64,000 nt of DNA, from contig CALEDQ010000018.1 of the NCBI GenBank assembly GCA_937949615.1, positions 12,161 through 76,160 of the forward strand. The letters are read 5' to 3'. This DNA comes from an uncultured bacterium. GTDB lineage: Bacteria; Muiribacteriota; Ozemobacteria; Ozemobacterales; Ozemobacteraceae. This document shows, piece by piece, positions 18,901 to 28,970 of this stretch (position 1 is its first letter; each line of letters opens with the position of its first letter). The translations under genes and the position numbers were made by a program. The notes under the pieces were generated by a model that was given only the letters and a program-made list of their open reading frames with translations, was not told the origin of the DNA and ran no database searches.

Positions 18901-19985
18901 TCGATTCAATCATTCTCAGCGCTTCGACCGATTTCGGACCATTTGGAAAAACTTCTTTCGAAGCCAGATCACAGGGCAAAGACCTGCTGCATCCGACCGA
19001 TTTCACCTTCAATTCGCAGCTTTCGGTCGACATTAACGGCGGGATCAAGGAAGAGGTCAAAAAGCAGCTGCTGGGAACAACGCAGAAAGAATTGACCAAT
19101 GCCAAAAGCGCCTACGACAAAGCCCTGGCCGCGGTCAAAAAGCTGAATCAGGATATCGACAAGGCCCGGCAGGATGCGCTCAAACGCCAGACAACCGTTT
19201 CTCAGGCATTGATCGACGCACAGCAGCTGCACGTCGATGCCCTGCAGAAAACCTACGATGCCCTGGCGTCACAGCTCAAGGATTTCGAATCAAAATGGTA
19301 CAAACGCAAGGCTGCCGGCCTGATCAGGCTGGCAATGAAACCTGTGGCTGCAGATCTCGACGCAGCCAGACAGCTTCTGGAAAAATCTAAATCTGCTGCG
19401 GCAGCTGCTCAGAGCATGGTCGACCTCGACCCGGTAGTTGCCGGATTCTTGATTACCAGGACTGCAGCTGTGTCTTACCTTGATGTGGCTGACGTGTCGC
19501 TGCGAGCCTTGCAGGATCTGCAAAATCAGCTCAGCAAAGGCGTAGATACGCTTCTCGCAACGGTTTTCAACGAAAAAAACCTGACCATAAGAAAACTGGA
19601 GCTTTATGCCGCCACCATAAAAGAAGGCGGCGAAGTATCGCTGGAACAGGACATGACGGTTTCAGGCATCGATATCAAAGACAACATCAAGCTTACCGGC
19701 AACGACCTCAAAGCTGTGATCATTGAAATTACCGACAAGGTAACTGCTCCGATCATCGAAGCCGTAAAAAGCGAGTTTCATGATCGGGCTGCCGAAGCCA
19801 AAAAAGCGTTCAACCCTGATGATATTGCCATCAAGCCAGGCGACATATTAACCGTGGTGCAGGCGGCTCCAATGCCTGGAGCGGCTGTTTCTGAGGCAAA
19901 ACCTCAGAAAAGTTCAGTTAAAATCATGCTTCCGAAAAAGCTTGATTTCGGCTCTGAAATTGGCGTGATCAATCTCGACAAATAA
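15963..19985 (+). CDS. Very large (about 1340 aa) membrane-anchored/secreted protein of unknown function with C-terminal coiled coil (start codon uncertain, non-ATG)
   Basis: Long uninterrupted ORF with hydrophobic N-terminus FCLFLFFFLTGIAAF, beta-rich Gly/Ser body and a coiled-coil segment KELTNAKSAYDKALAAVKKLNQDIDKARQDALKRQ. The ORF opens at TTG, and the first in-frame ATG is 81 codons in. Strong terminator follows. Confidence 0.7.
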   Translation: MFCVQTIFLKAFCLFLFFFLTGIAAFNGSQILADQAKDEAAGALKSLLKLQAGKVLNRIDNDPNRKSQAFVVRIPDSDLSAMVFKNKDSWYAGITFDIQRISSGRILTDIYDDLAKLFGTPELKTLTLVIGEKQGTISFDTLPKALQDSLANFKDHNDFGEEQPQVTFAEGVSFFGSIAPPSKGALQTVSRAILLGSKLDSDLRISGRVGDEILTELLKKCRVSQENSKDDKKEKFTIQDLSLRVELPNLIPVPFSLMKKETARKIFFLEFSKTFMSVSFEKDKIKLGAGRGVTVSFLGKDYTIASDLTITEKGDNKKDPQWTVAMAGLIEFKSPVVIIPPLLKLHAVELKGSFSSDFVATQTQAMVDVGVDTTISLGNSGKFVAGVMVEASQEGKEAELKSIELSLKQDGKGKLLAFSDIPGVKSIPMINEFTIKDVSIGISPRDEIPDLYLTGTMGWKRGKSQYQFALWEKDASFFLMARASDFVLSEVLGVKIGADTLDSIKMPDALLVLSSPDPDAKPVKISELPTKLKNVFKGFSTGDDKVPTVSDGIALMTKFDINTMTGEIQKFMKTLGLQGLGIDGGIVFSGSISGLLEGQPRLEVSMQLSGFHFPDKQPFDFLISFKDASAKLFVRVDVPAMVFQIGLGSNLNVDMPRIGQGKSDSLTFGGEFYLNVCAVGYGIRVGGYRDGDWNNPFGIGNLTLTDTAFIFGIDGEGALEVGFGSGFSIKGLENRAKTNNKCLTPEEKKKMAEDLMNRENASATPVVTKDISEKIGGVVNFIIARPPIPKKLAFYFNCSKSGFLPLLEANESLLQGIIAGPGVQEFAKLLPEAEKKATLDILKQLEKTSLIDLFKLRDLPLPLIDFEDLVVYFSTPGAILPGFKEISGLGFSLQGKSFLSLLGKRYSLNESEITLTLAKGLILKSSGPVLDFGPFKMSDNVIDIHAGIPIIHGDDVPHFTISGNGQMLFYKGSVLAHLGLDSIILSASTDFGPFGKTSFEARSQGKDLLHPTDFTFNSQLSVDINGGIKEEVKKQLLGTTQKELTNAKSAYDKALAAVKKLNQDIDKARQDALKRQTTVSQALIDAQQLHVDALQKTYDALASQLKDFESKWYKRKAAGLIRLAMKPVAADLDAARQLLEKSKSAAAAAQSMVDLDPVVAGFLITRTAAVSYLDVADVSLRALQDLQNQLSKGVDTLLATVFNEKNLTIRKLELYAATIKEGGEVSLEQDMTVSGIDIKDNIKLTGNDLKAVIIEITDKVTAPIIEAVKSEFHDRAAEAKKAFNPDDIAIKPGDILTVVQAAPMPGAAVSEAKPQKSSVKIMLPKKLDFGSEIGVINLDK

Positions 19986-19989
19986 GAAA

Positions 19990-20048
19990 CCGGGCCCTCC
20001 AGCGAACAGAACTCAATAACTGTTTGCCGGAGGGTCTTTTTTTTCAAG
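19990..20048 (+). terminator. Rho-independent terminator
   Basis: CCCTCCAGCGAACAG...CTGTTTGCCGGAGGG hairpin followed by TCTTTTTTTT. Confidence 0.7.
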
Positions 20049-20068
20049 AAGATTCCAGCCGGCTGAAT

Positions 20069-20362
20069 TCAGCCATCACCATTCCGCGCGGCATTTCTCT
20101 CTGATTCAAGGCTGGCGACCAGTTCGAGATAGAGATTTTCGACCTTTTTGCGGGCCCAGTCGTTTTTGCGCAGAAATGTGAGACTTGATTTAATGCTGGG
20201 ATGGCTGAAAAAGCAGTTGAGCTCGACCCGCTGATTCAGATCTTTCCAGCTGTAGTGTTCACGCAGCACCGTCAGTATTTTTTCGAGAGTGATACCGTGA
20301 AGCGGGTTGTTTGGCTGCTGCCGCATCTTTTTTTCGTCGGCCGGAATATCGTTTTCAGTCAT
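20069..20362 (-). CDS. VF530/DUF2132-like small conserved protein
   Basis: [20 protein letters not shown]...[28 protein letters not shown] resembles the DUF2132 (VF530) family. Confidence 0.55.
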   Translation of the reverse strand: MTENDIPADEKKMRQQPNNPLHGITLEKILTVLREHYSWKDLNQRVELNCFFSHPSIKSSLTFLRKNDWARKKVENLYLELVASLESERNAARNGDG

Positions 20363-20448
20363 CGGGGTTCCTGTTCAACTGTAATGTTCAAAGAATGACG
20401 CGCCCTTATTATACTGCAGTTTTTCTGAGAATCACCGATTTAATCGTG

Positions 20449-20486
20449 CAAAAAATAAAGTCGGGCCGGATAACCGGCCCGACCAG
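20449..20486 (-). terminator. Rho-independent terminator for the 20555-21523 gene
   Basis: On the minus strand GTCGGGCCGGTTATCCGGCCCGAC followed by TTTATTTTTT. Confidence 0.6.
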
Positions 20487-20554
20487 ATAATTCGAATCGC
20501 CTATTCATAGGCTTTTTTTCAATTGCCGACAGGCAAAGACTTAGCCTCTAAGTA

Positions 20555-21523
20555 TCATTTTTCAGATTTATTGAATTCTTTGCGCATTTTGCGCTGCTGT
20601 TTTCTGTAGACACGCATCTGTTTAAAAGCCTTTTTAACCTGTTTAAAAGTCCCTTCCCAGGTTAGAATCAGAGCTTTTCCAGCCTGAACACTGGTGAAAC
20701 CTTCAAGCAGAGCCATGACTTTATCATGCCCGGCAAAGCGCAGAGCAAACATGGCCTTCATGCCTTCGACAGCCTGCAGATACAGAGCAGCCTTTTCCCG
20801 GTCGGTGGCCTGAAATTCATAGCGGCCACGGATCGTATCGCCATGCGATGTCCAGCGGGCAAAAGCTTCATCACAATGACGCAGCACGGGGCAATAGGTC
20901 GAAAACTGGTAAGCTTCTGGCACAGTGAGAGCGCGTGAAATAAACAGGGTGCCAGGCATAAGGCCTTTGAAAAGCGGGCTATCGATAGTCATTGCCTGAC
21001 GTTCTCCGTCTAGAACTGCAAGGGCGTTTTCGACATGATGCAGGCCAATACCGACGAGTATCTGCCGGTCATTAACAAAACAACCGGACAGCCGCATTTT
21101 CTTGCGACCACAGCAGATCTGCCAGGTGTAAACCTTGCGGTTTCGCATCAGGGTTTCTTCGTGGCCGGGGAATTTATGGGCCAGAATTGTCATAATGCTT
21201 TCTTTGGGAAGATCATTTCTGTATTTCATCAGCACCACGCCAAAATCACCCTCATACTGGGTTGCATACATCGTAGCGCTCATAAACTCGCCCATGAGGT
21301 GCATGGCGGTTTTTCGCAGCAACTCATGAAAAATGTCTTTTTTGGGCTTTTTCATCGCGCGCTGTTGCAGTTCTTTAACCATGGGCAACTGCATGATGGC
21401 TTCAGCATCGACGTGGCCATACCAGACGGCCTGGGCGTCGATGTCGGCAGGAACAACCGGCCCGGCAAAAATTGCAGACGCGGAGAGAAGCAGAAAACCA
21501 AGAGCCATGACCAATTTACGCAT
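20555..21523 (-). CDS. Hypothetical secreted protein
   Basis: Signal peptide MRKLVMALGFLLLSASAIFA. No recognisable motif. Confidence 0.6.
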   Translation of the reverse strand: MRKLVMALGFLLLSASAIFAGPVVPADIDAQAVWYGHVDAEAIMQLPMVKELQQRAMKKPKKDIFHELLRKTAMHLMGEFMSATMYATQYEGDFGVVLMKYRNDLPKESIMTILAHKFPGHEETLMRNRKVYTWQICCGRKKMRLSGCFVNDRQILVGIGLHHVENALAVLDGERQAMTIDSPLFKGLMPGTLFISRALTVPEAYQFSTYCPVLRHCDEAFARWTSHGDTIRGRYEFQATDREKAALYLQAVEGMKAMFALRFAGHDKVMALLEGFTSVQAGKALILTWEGTFKQVKKAFKQMRVYRKQQRKMRKEFNKSEK

Positions 21524-21905
21524 AATATTTACTCCTTACTGTTCACCAGATGCAGTTATGCAACCAGAGTCACGATCAATCAGTTTGTTTACGCGTTTCG
21601 GGCGTATCTAAAAAAGCTCAGAATCCTCGCAAAGAAACATGCTGGAATAAAGTGTTTTCTTCAAAATACGCCTCTCAAAGAAAGAAGTTAAAAGCCCGGT
21701 AAAAGTTTTCTGTAAGAAAGGGTGCTTTAACTCAGTACATGATAATTTAAGGCAATGTTTAAGTCAATTTGCGCATGTCGCCAGATAAAGTCTAGAGATT
21801 GCACATCAAATCAATATAACGGGCCGTTGACAAAATAGGTGCAAGCAACGCAGTTAGCAAACTTCTTGCAACAATATGATCGTACATTTCGAACCCTGAA
21901 GCAGA

Positions 21906-22559
21906 TCAGGCAAACAGCTGCAGCGGGTGCGACAGCAGAAGTTTTGCGCCACCTTCACGCAGCTCCGGTTCATCGCGAAAACCCCATAGAGCGCCGATCG
22001 GAAACATACCGGCGCTGACAGCTGTCTTCATGTCTACAAGGGTATCACCGAGATACAGTGTCTGCTCAGGTTTTATACCGGTTTCTGCGGCGATGCGCAG
22101 CGCACCGGCCGGATCGGGTTTTTTCGCAACCCGGTCACTGACGCCATAAACACGTTTAAACGGGATGTCTGGAAAATATTTTCTGACCATGATGCCGGTG
22201 AATTCATCGGGTTTATTCGAGAGAACCGACATGACGATGCCACGTTGCTGCAGCCCGGCGAGAAGCTCGACGACGCCCACGTATGGCCTGGTGGCCACGG
22301 CCCAGTTTTCCCCGTAATCAGTGTGCAGTTCGGCAAAAACCCGGTCGATAACTTCGGCAACTCTCTGCTCTGGCGGCAAAGCGCGCTCAGCGAGCATGCG
22401 CATACCATCGCCGACGAAATAGCGGTAGGCATCGACAGGGTGCGTCGCAAAGCCGTGACGCGCCAGTACCCGGTTCGTCGAATCGGCAAGATCGGTCAGG
22501 GTGTCGAGCAGGGTTCCGTCGAGGTCAAAGATAATGCTCTGATAGTTCGAGATGTCCAT
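21906..22559 (-). CDS. HAD-superfamily hydrolase (phosphoglycolate-phosphatase-like)
   Basis: Motif I IIFDLDGTLLDT, motif II SNK, motif IV GDTLVD. Confidence 0.85.
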   Translation of the reverse strand: MDISNYQSIIFDLDGTLLDTLTDLADSTNRVLARHGFATHPVDAYRYFVGDGMRMLAERALPPEQRVAEVIDRVFAELHTDYGENWAVATRPYVGVVELLAGLQQRGIVMSVLSNKPDEFTGIMVRKYFPDIPFKRVYGVSDRVAKKPDPAGALRIAAETGIKPEQTLYLGDTLVDMKTAVSAGMFPIGALWGFRDEPELREGGAKLLLSHPLQLFA

Positions 22560-22566
22560 TTGTGGA

Positions 22567-23838
22567 TTATTTAACCCGCCAGGCTTTCAGCCAGTCCTGA
22601 TGTTTTTCGGGATAAAGCTGTTTGAAATGCCTGTCAAAATCTGCAAAAGCGGGATTTTTATTCTCATCGAACACTACCCGCAGCAACCCGTGAAGATTTT
22701 CGTGGCCGATCATTTCGCCAATTCTGAACAAAGCCAGCGAACCCTGATAATAGGCTTTGATATAAAGAATCTGGTCATCACTGAATGGGTTATCCGGAAT
22801 GACATCCTGCGGAATCATTTTGTCGAGATGCTCTGTAAATACGAGCAGAGGGCGCACCTGATCGGGGTTTTCCTGGCGAACTGCATACATGCCAAGATAC
22901 TGAGGAATACCCTCTGTCATCCATCCGTCATGACCGGTGAATTTTACGCCAAACCAGAAATGCGAAAGTTCGTGCGCGATAACCATTTTTCTGAACTGCG
23001 TGGCTGAAGAGTTATCGATGCCCATAGCGGCCAGGCCGCTCAGGTCTACTTTTCCTCCGAGTGCGGAGCGCGAAAGAAGAATCAGGTTGCCGCACGGGCT
23101 GCCGTTGATTTCACCCCTGGCCTCGCCCCGGCGAATGACACCGATGCGAACGGTTGAGAAGCCAGGCGACCCGAACAGCTCGAACCATTTTTCCATGGTG
23201 GCTTCAAGAAAATCCAGGTAGGCAGAATCGGCGTTGAAGCCTTCTGGAAAGACATACTCGAAAGAAAAATTTGTGGTTTTTCTGATTATTGGCGGCTGAA
23301 ACCTGGCTATCTGAAACTGCAGGCCCATTGACGAAGGAATTTCAGAATCAAACGAAATGGCGCTGTAGCCGGCGGGCAGATCATATTTAACGTTATAGCG
23401 GGAAGGCGCATCAGTAAGGATTTCGGGTGAAGGCGGGCAATTGTTCAGACAGTAAACCTCATCGCCGCTGGCAAGACTTTTTGGCGCCCGGAGTTGCGAA
23501 ATGCCTTCAAAAGCAACCAGCCAAGGCTCAGTCGACAGGGCCGAAGCCGGTCTGGCAAGCATACCGCTTTCATCGAGGCTCTGTTCGGTTCCGTTAACCC
23601 GAAAAATGAATTCCTGACCTGGTATGCGGGCAAATTCGACCTTTTCGACATGCCCGGGTATCGCAACACTGCCCTTCACAGCAAAGTGCGGGCGCCAAAG
23701 CGACACGGGGCGTATAATAAGATCGAAATGTGGTTCAAAAGAAGGGATTTGCGAAACGTCAACCGCCAGGCCGGCATCCGTAATCAGCATTATAAGAAAT
23801 AAAACAAGAACAAGCATTTTTCTATAAGACATCTTCAA
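22567..23838 (-). CDS. Secreted M1-like (gluzincin) zinc metallopeptidase
   Basis: HELSHFWFG ... E (HEXXH-X18-E). Signal peptide MLVLVLFLIMLITDAG. Confidence 0.7.
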   Translation of the reverse strand: MKMSYRKMLVLVLFLIMLITDAGLAVDVSQIPSFEPHFDLIIRPVSLWRPHFAVKGSVAIPGHVEKVEFARIPGQEFIFRVNGTEQSLDESGMLARPASALSTEPWLVAFEGISQLRAPKSLASGDEVYCLNNCPPSPEILTDAPSRYNVKYDLPAGYSAISFDSEIPSSMGLQFQIARFQPPIIRKTTNFSFEYVFPEGFNADSAYLDFLEATMEKWFELFGSPGFSTVRIGVIRRGEARGEINGSPCGNLILLSRSALGGKVDLSGLAAMGIDNSSATQFRKMVIAHELSHFWFGVKFTGHDGWMTEGIPQYLGMYAVRQENPDQVRPLLVFTEHLDKMIPQDVIPDNPFSDDQILYIKAYYQGSLALFRIGEMIGHENLHGLLRVVFDENKNPAFADFDRHFKQLYPEKHQDWLKAWRVK

Positions 23839-24103
23839 CCTCTTAAATTCTGGTATTTATATGAATCTGATTTTGACCATTTTTCTGAACGCCCATGAAT
23901 CAGAATTTCAGGCCAGAGTATATTATTACACATGCTCTACAATTGCCAGTCTGTTGCAATTTATCAGCTTAAGATTCTGCAGCAGCCACATGAAGGCCTC
24001 AACTGCGCACATTTATCACTTATAAATCAACCGTGCTTCTGAAAAATGACTTCACGAAAAAATTTGACCGAAAAGAAACCTTGAACTACCCTCTCTTCTC
24101 GAA

Positions 24104-25579
24104 ATGAAAAACTGTTTTAACCTTAGTAAAACCTATGCAGCAGCAATTATCGGCATTTTGCTGACAATGCTTTTCTGCGGCTGCGTCGAACAAGCGGCGA
24201 CGAATGCGCCGGCAATAGCTCCCGGTTCAGCAACCTTCTGGGAAGGGCATCTTGAAACAGACAAATTTCCGCTGCACTTTTATCTGCAGACGCCCACTGA
24301 CGGGAAACAGCCCCGAATGCATATCACAGCTTCGCGACCAGGCTGGGCCGGCCCGGCTGATCATCTGAAACTATCAGGAAACCAGCTAAGTTTCAGAATC
24401 TCCACCCGAAACGTTTCTTTTTCAGGAACAATTGCTTCAAACACAATCACTGGCGCCTGGAATGAAGAACCTTACACTTCCTGGTGGCTGACGATGAACT
24501 CTGTAGCAACGCCGGCTTTCATGTTCACGAAGCAGCACCCCTGGCCGCCATTTCCTTATCTGGTCGAAGAAGTTACCATACCCGGCACCGGCAGCAGACC
24601 CAACCTCGCGGGCACTATCACCAGACCGGCCGAGCCAGGCTCTTTTACAGCTATTCTTCTTTTAAACGGCCAGCATGCTCAGGGTCGCGATTCAGAATGT
24701 TACTATCATCGTCCATTTCTGGTCTGGGCCGATCACCTGACAAGGAACGGCCTGATCGTGCTTCGCTGCGACGATCGGGGTGTTGGCGGCTCAGAAGGCA
24801 TTTTCAATAAGGCTACCACTGCAGATTTTGCGGCAGATGCCAGCGCCTGCGTCGAATTTCTGAAGAGACGCCCCGAAGTCAGTCAGGTCGGCATTCTCGG
24901 GCACAGCGAAGGCGGCCTGGTTGCAGCCATGGTTGCCTCAGAATGTCGCTCGGTAGACTTTCTGGTTCTGCTGGCTCCGCCGGTTTTTCCAATCAGCAGA
25001 ATATGGGAACAGCAGGCCCCATTTATAAACCGCAAAAAAGGAACCAATGAGCGACAGGCAGCATTGCGTCGAAAATTTGAAGCCGAAGCATGGCAGAAAC
25101 TTGCAACAATTGCCAGAGTCAACGCAGACAAAGGTATTTTCAGAGAGTTTTACACATCTTTTCTTGCGGGCCTGTCAGAAGAAGACCGCGTAATGCTTGG
25201 ATTTCCATCATCCGAAAAAGGTCAGATCGGCATAGAAAATGATTTGCAGGAATGGTGCAGTCCCTGGATGCTGTTCATGGCAGCCTTCAACCCTGCCGCT
25301 TCATATAGAGGAATTTCCTGCCCGGTTCTTGGCATCTTTGCAGGCTTAGACGAAAGCGTTCTACCAGAACCGAATGCAGCCGAACTTGAAAAGCACCTGC
25401 GCTCTGGCAAATGCCCGTCATTCAAAATCCACACTTTCCCCGACTTTGACCACCAGATGCGCAGACCCGTCAGACATGCTTCTGTAACCTACCCACTCAC
25501 AGAAACTGTGGCAACCGAGACCCTGAACCTGGTAACCGGCTGGATCAAATCGCAGATGCAGGCACCCGCCTCACATTGA
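24104..25579 (+). CDS. Alpha/beta hydrolase, probable lipoprotein
   Basis: Lipobox LFCGC. Nucleophile elbow LGHSEGG. Confidence 0.7.
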   Translation: MKNCFNLSKTYAAAIIGILLTMLFCGCVEQAATNAPAIAPGSATFWEGHLETDKFPLHFYLQTPTDGKQPRMHITASRPGWAGPADHLKLSGNQLSFRISTRNVSFSGTIASNTITGAWNEEPYTSWWLTMNSVATPAFMFTKQHPWPPFPYLVEEVTIPGTGSRPNLAGTITRPAEPGSFTAILLLNGQHAQGRDSECYYHRPFLVWADHLTRNGLIVLRCDDRGVGGSEGIFNKATTADFAADASACVEFLKRRPEVSQVGILGHSEGGLVAAMVASECRSVDFLVLLAPPVFPISRIWEQQAPFINRKKGTNERQAALRRKFEAEAWQKLATIARVNADKGIFREFYTSFLAGLSEEDRVMLGFPSSEKGQIGIENDLQEWCSPWMLFMAAFNPAASYRGISCPVLGIFAGLDESVLPEPNAAELEKHLRSGKCPSFKIHTFPDFDHQMRRPVRHASVTYPLTETVATETLNLVTGWIKSQMQAPASH

Positions 25580-25663
25580 TCGATTTCCGGTAGAAACAAA
25601 GCATGGCAACCGACCTGACCTCTGCCGGTTTTTAACTTTTTCAGCATTAAAGAGAGGAATAAT

Positions 25664-27985
25664 TTGATGAGACAAATTCGTTTAAAAGGCACAGAAAGCA
25701 TGCGCGACCATGGCCGCAGATACAACTCAGGCAAGGCTTTCTGGCTGAAAGTTTTTTGCACCGGCCTGTTTTTTCTGTTGTTTTTTCAAACACCGCCGGC
25801 TATGGCCTTGACTGACAAAACGCAGTTGCAGGAAGACATCGCCAGACTTACAGCCGGGGTCGTAAAGATCGCCAAACCCGGAGTGCCCGGGCCGATTGCC
25901 TGCGTCAGTGAGAATTCTTTTCCGGTTATTCTTGGTAAAGCAGGCGGTTTCGATCAGGCTGTAATTGCGGCAGCCCGCTTTGGAAAAGGTAAAATAGTGG
26001 CGTTCGGCCACAACGGCTTTATGGAAAAGCCGGCCAGCGAAGAAGCGGATACGCCAAAACTGCTGGCTAACGCAGCGAAATGGGCTGCAAGATCGCCGCG
26101 CAGCGGAAAAGCAAAGCCGGTCGCCGGGCTTGTTTTTGCTCTCGACATGGCCAAACCTCTTGAAAAACTTGGTTTTGAAGTTAAATTTCTCGGCTGCCCA
26201 GGCTGGAAAGACAGAACTGGCGAAATTGATCTTCTTGTCGGAAGCAACCTGCTGCCGGACCGGGAGCATGAAATGGCTCTCACAGAATTTATCAGCAACG
26301 GCGGGGGGTTTCTGACATCAGGTCTGGCATGGGGCTGGATGCAGCTCAACCCTCAGCTGGATCTGCTGCGCGATCACCCGTTAAACCGGGTTTTGGCGCC
26401 AATGGGGCTGGCTTTCGTCGATGGCTATATAAACGAAATCGGAGCGGAAAAAATCGGCGACAGTCAGTGGCTGCACCGTGCTCATGCTGTCGATGCTCTG
26501 AGTTGCCTGGAACTTTTACAGCACACGCTGAATCAACAAACACAGGCTTCCGGGCAGGTATCTCCGGAAGAGCAGGCCCTGGCAGTTGTCACAGCAGCAT
26601 ATCGCTGGCTGCCGGAAAATGAATCTTCATTTCGCGGGCGCGTGAATTCGGTCGGCAGGGCTTTTCCCCGCCCAATCATTCCGACCCGGAAAAACCCGCT
26701 GGGAAAGTCACCGCTGGCAAGGCTCGCTTTGATTATCGATCATCTGGCTGCGATAAAAAGCAAAGCAGATTCGATGCCATCGGCTGATTCAGCGGCAGAT
26801 TATCCTGGTGCGCCTTCTGATAACGCCCAGAGAGTCACCCGGGAAGCGGCAATCGACATTTCTGTCGCCGGCTGGGCAAGCACCGGTCTGTGGGCACTCG
26901 CCGGCGAAACAGTCGAAGTTACTCTGCCCGAAGCCTGTTCAGAGAAAGGCTTTTTCATCCGCATCGGCTGCCATACTGATAAAAACTGGCATCTCGCAGA
27001 GTGGAGCCGTCACCCGGAAATTTTTCGCAGCTTCCCCGCGAAAGCAGGCCTTAACAAGGTTTTCAACCCTCATGGCGGCCTCATCTACCTCGAAGTGCCA
27101 CGCCAGCAGGAGCCAATGCCGACAAAGCCGGTAAATATAAAAATTGCCGGGGGGGTCGTCGAAGCGCCATTTTTCGTTCTCGGAAAAACCGACAATGAAA
27201 GCTGGAAGCAATTGCGCAACGCCCCCGCACCATGGGCCGAACTCAGTTGTGAACGTATAATTCTGACCGTCCCGTCTTCGGAGATTCGTTCACTAGACGA
27301 CCCCGAAACGCTGATGAGATTCTGGCACCGGGTATCAGGTTATTACGAAGAACTTGGCAGCCGACCTCTCGACCGCCGCCCGCAGCGGATCGTCGCAGAC
27401 CGCCAGATTTCAAATGGCTGGCTGCATGCTGGCTACCCGATAATGGCAAATATCGATGTCGCACCGAAGATGGTTAACCTCAAGGGGCTGGCAAATCCCG
27501 AAAAAGATGTTGAAGGCGCCTGGGGCTTCTGGCATGAACTCGGGCACAATAATCAAAAGCCGGAATGGACATTCAATGGCGCCACTGAAGTAACCTGCAA
27601 TCTTTTTTCACTGTTTGTCGAGGAAAAAGTTCGAGGTGTAGCCCCCAGAAACCATCCCTGGCTGAAAGGGCAGGTTGCCAGAGTTCAGAATTATCTGGCA
27701 AAGCCGGATTTCGAAGTCTGGAAAAAAGACCCCGGTCTTGGCCTCTGCTTCTTCGTAGAGCTTCAGGATAAGTTTGGCTGGAAAGCTTTTCAGAAATTTT
27801 TCGCTTCCTATGTCTCATCTGACAGCGTTGCGCCGGCAACCGACCAAGAAAAACTTGACCAGTGGCTGATTCGCATGAGCAGAGCTACCGGCCGCAATTT
27901 GTCGTCCCATTTCATGAAGTGGGGAATTCCGGTTTCGGAAGAGGCGCGTCGTCAGACGGTCAGCCTGCCTTTATGGCAGCCATGA
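25664..27985 (+). CDS. Secreted M60-like (enhancin-like) zinc metallopeptidase
   Basis: GAWGFWHELGHNNQ ... E (M60 HEXXH + downstream Glu). Signal peptide. Exact start among the N-terminal Met codons uncertain. Confidence 0.65.
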   Translation: MMRQIRLKGTESMRDHGRRYNSGKAFWLKVFCTGLFFLLFFQTPPAMALTDKTQLQEDIARLTAGVVKIAKPGVPGPIACVSENSFPVILGKAGGFDQAVIAAARFGKGKIVAFGHNGFMEKPASEEADTPKLLANAAKWAARSPRSGKAKPVAGLVFALDMAKPLEKLGFEVKFLGCPGWKDRTGEIDLLVGSNLLPDREHEMALTEFISNGGGFLTSGLAWGWMQLNPQLDLLRDHPLNRVLAPMGLAFVDGYINEIGAEKIGDSQWLHRAHAVDALSCLELLQHTLNQQTQASGQVSPEEQALAVVTAAYRWLPENESSFRGRVNSVGRAFPRPIIPTRKNPLGKSPLARLALIIDHLAAIKSKADSMPSADSAADYPGAPSDNAQRVTREAAIDISVAGWASTGLWALAGETVEVTLPEACSEKGFFIRIGCHTDKNWHLAEWSRHPEIFRSFPAKAGLNKVFNPHGGLIYLEVPRQQEPMPTKPVNIKIAGGVVEAPFFVLGKTDNESWKQLRNAPAPWAELSCERIILTVPSSEIRSLDDPETLMRFWHRVSGYYEELGSRPLDRRPQRIVADRQISNGWLHAGYPIMANIDVAPKMVNLKGLANPEKDVEGAWGFWHELGHNNQKPEWTFNGATEVTCNLFSLFVEEKVRGVAPRNHPWLKGQVARVQNYLAKPDFEVWKKDPGLGLCFFVELQDKFGWKAFQKFFASYVSSDSVAPATDQEKLDQWLIRMSRATGRNLSSHFMKWGIPVSEEARRQTVSLPLWQP

Positions 27986-28013
27986 ACTTTTCGCACACCA
28001 CACCCGGCTGGTT

Positions 28014-28970
28014 TTATTGTTCGATCTGTTTTTTTGCAACCATGATATTGCCATCCGGATCTTCCCAGGCAACATAAAGTTCCCGGCCGGCAGCAATAAT
28101 CGAATGCTGCCGCTCTGCCGGCTGTTTTCCTATACTGACAGGCTTGCCCCAGTCATCGCCCTTTTTGCTGACGTAATACAGGTTGTCATCGACTGACTCT
28201 GCGTTTTCCCGGCTGGCATGAAAGACAAAATGCAACGTATCCGAGCCATTTGCGACAACTGCCAGAGGCATTGAAAAATCTGCAATCGGGCAGGCTTCTT
28301 TGCGAACTTCGCCTGCTTTATCAACCGAATACAGGTCATTATATGAACAGATGAACACCCGCCCCTGCGGGGTTATCGCGATACCAGGCTTCTGCCAGGT
28401 GCGCGAATAAATCAATTTATCGGCAACCGGCAATTCTTTTTCCCAGCCGCTGCCGGCATAACGTCGATAAAAAACATCCATACCGGTATTTTCAGCCGCG
28501 GTGTCATATTCAGGCGTTCTGCCATACAGCAGATGTAAAGTTCCGAAGCTGTCTGCCGCAAAATGCAGAAGAGTCAGATAAGACTTTTCCCGCTTTTCAG
28601 CTACGACTTCCTTTTTGCCCGGCACGCTGTCAGAGCCGGAGAATGAAAACAAAATTGCACCGTCAATATTTTCTACAAGCCATTGTGTATCTGAAGCGGC
28701 AATCTGCAGGGCATTTGCGCCGGCTTCAGAACCGACCGGTTCAGGCGTTGTCCATGAGCCGTTTTCCTGCAGTCCGGCGGTCATGGCCTGCTCGTCACCT
28801 TCGAATCTTACTGATAACCGACCATTGGCGTCCTGTTTTAAAACCGGCTCAGAACCACTCCCGAGCACAACCGGTGCAGACCAGCCTTCTGCAATGGTAT
28901 TATCAGCCATAACCGGAGCCAGAATCACAAAAAGAGCCAAAACGGCAAAAATGATTATCTTCGGTTGCAT
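28014..28970 (-). CDS. Hypothetical secreted protein
   Basis: Signal peptide MQPKIIIFAVLALFVILAPVMA. Beta-rich, no motif identified. Confidence 0.55.
   Translation of the reverse strand: MQPKIIIFAVLALFVILAPVMADNTIAEGWSAPVVLGSGSEPVLKQDANGRLSVRFEGDEQAMTAGLQENGSWTTPEPVGSEAGANALQIAASDTQWLVENIDGAILFSFSGSDSVPGKKEVVAEKREKSYLTLLHFAADSFGTLHLLYGRTPEYDTAAENTGMDVFYRRYAGSGWEKELPVADKLIYSRTWQKPGIAITPQGRVFICSYNDLYSVDKAGEVRKEACPIADFSMPLAVVANGSDTLHFVFHASRENAESVDDNLYYVSKKGDDWGKPVSIGKQPAERQHSIIAAGRELYVAWEDPDGNIMVAKKQIEQ

Noticed and set aside
21815-21880. Plus-strand TTGACA...AACGCAG promoter-like sequence resembling the promoters at 57686/60736
   Set aside because: Similarity is limited to the -35 hexamer and a 7-mer. 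It points antisense into the HAD gene with no downstream ORF, so it is probably coincidental.
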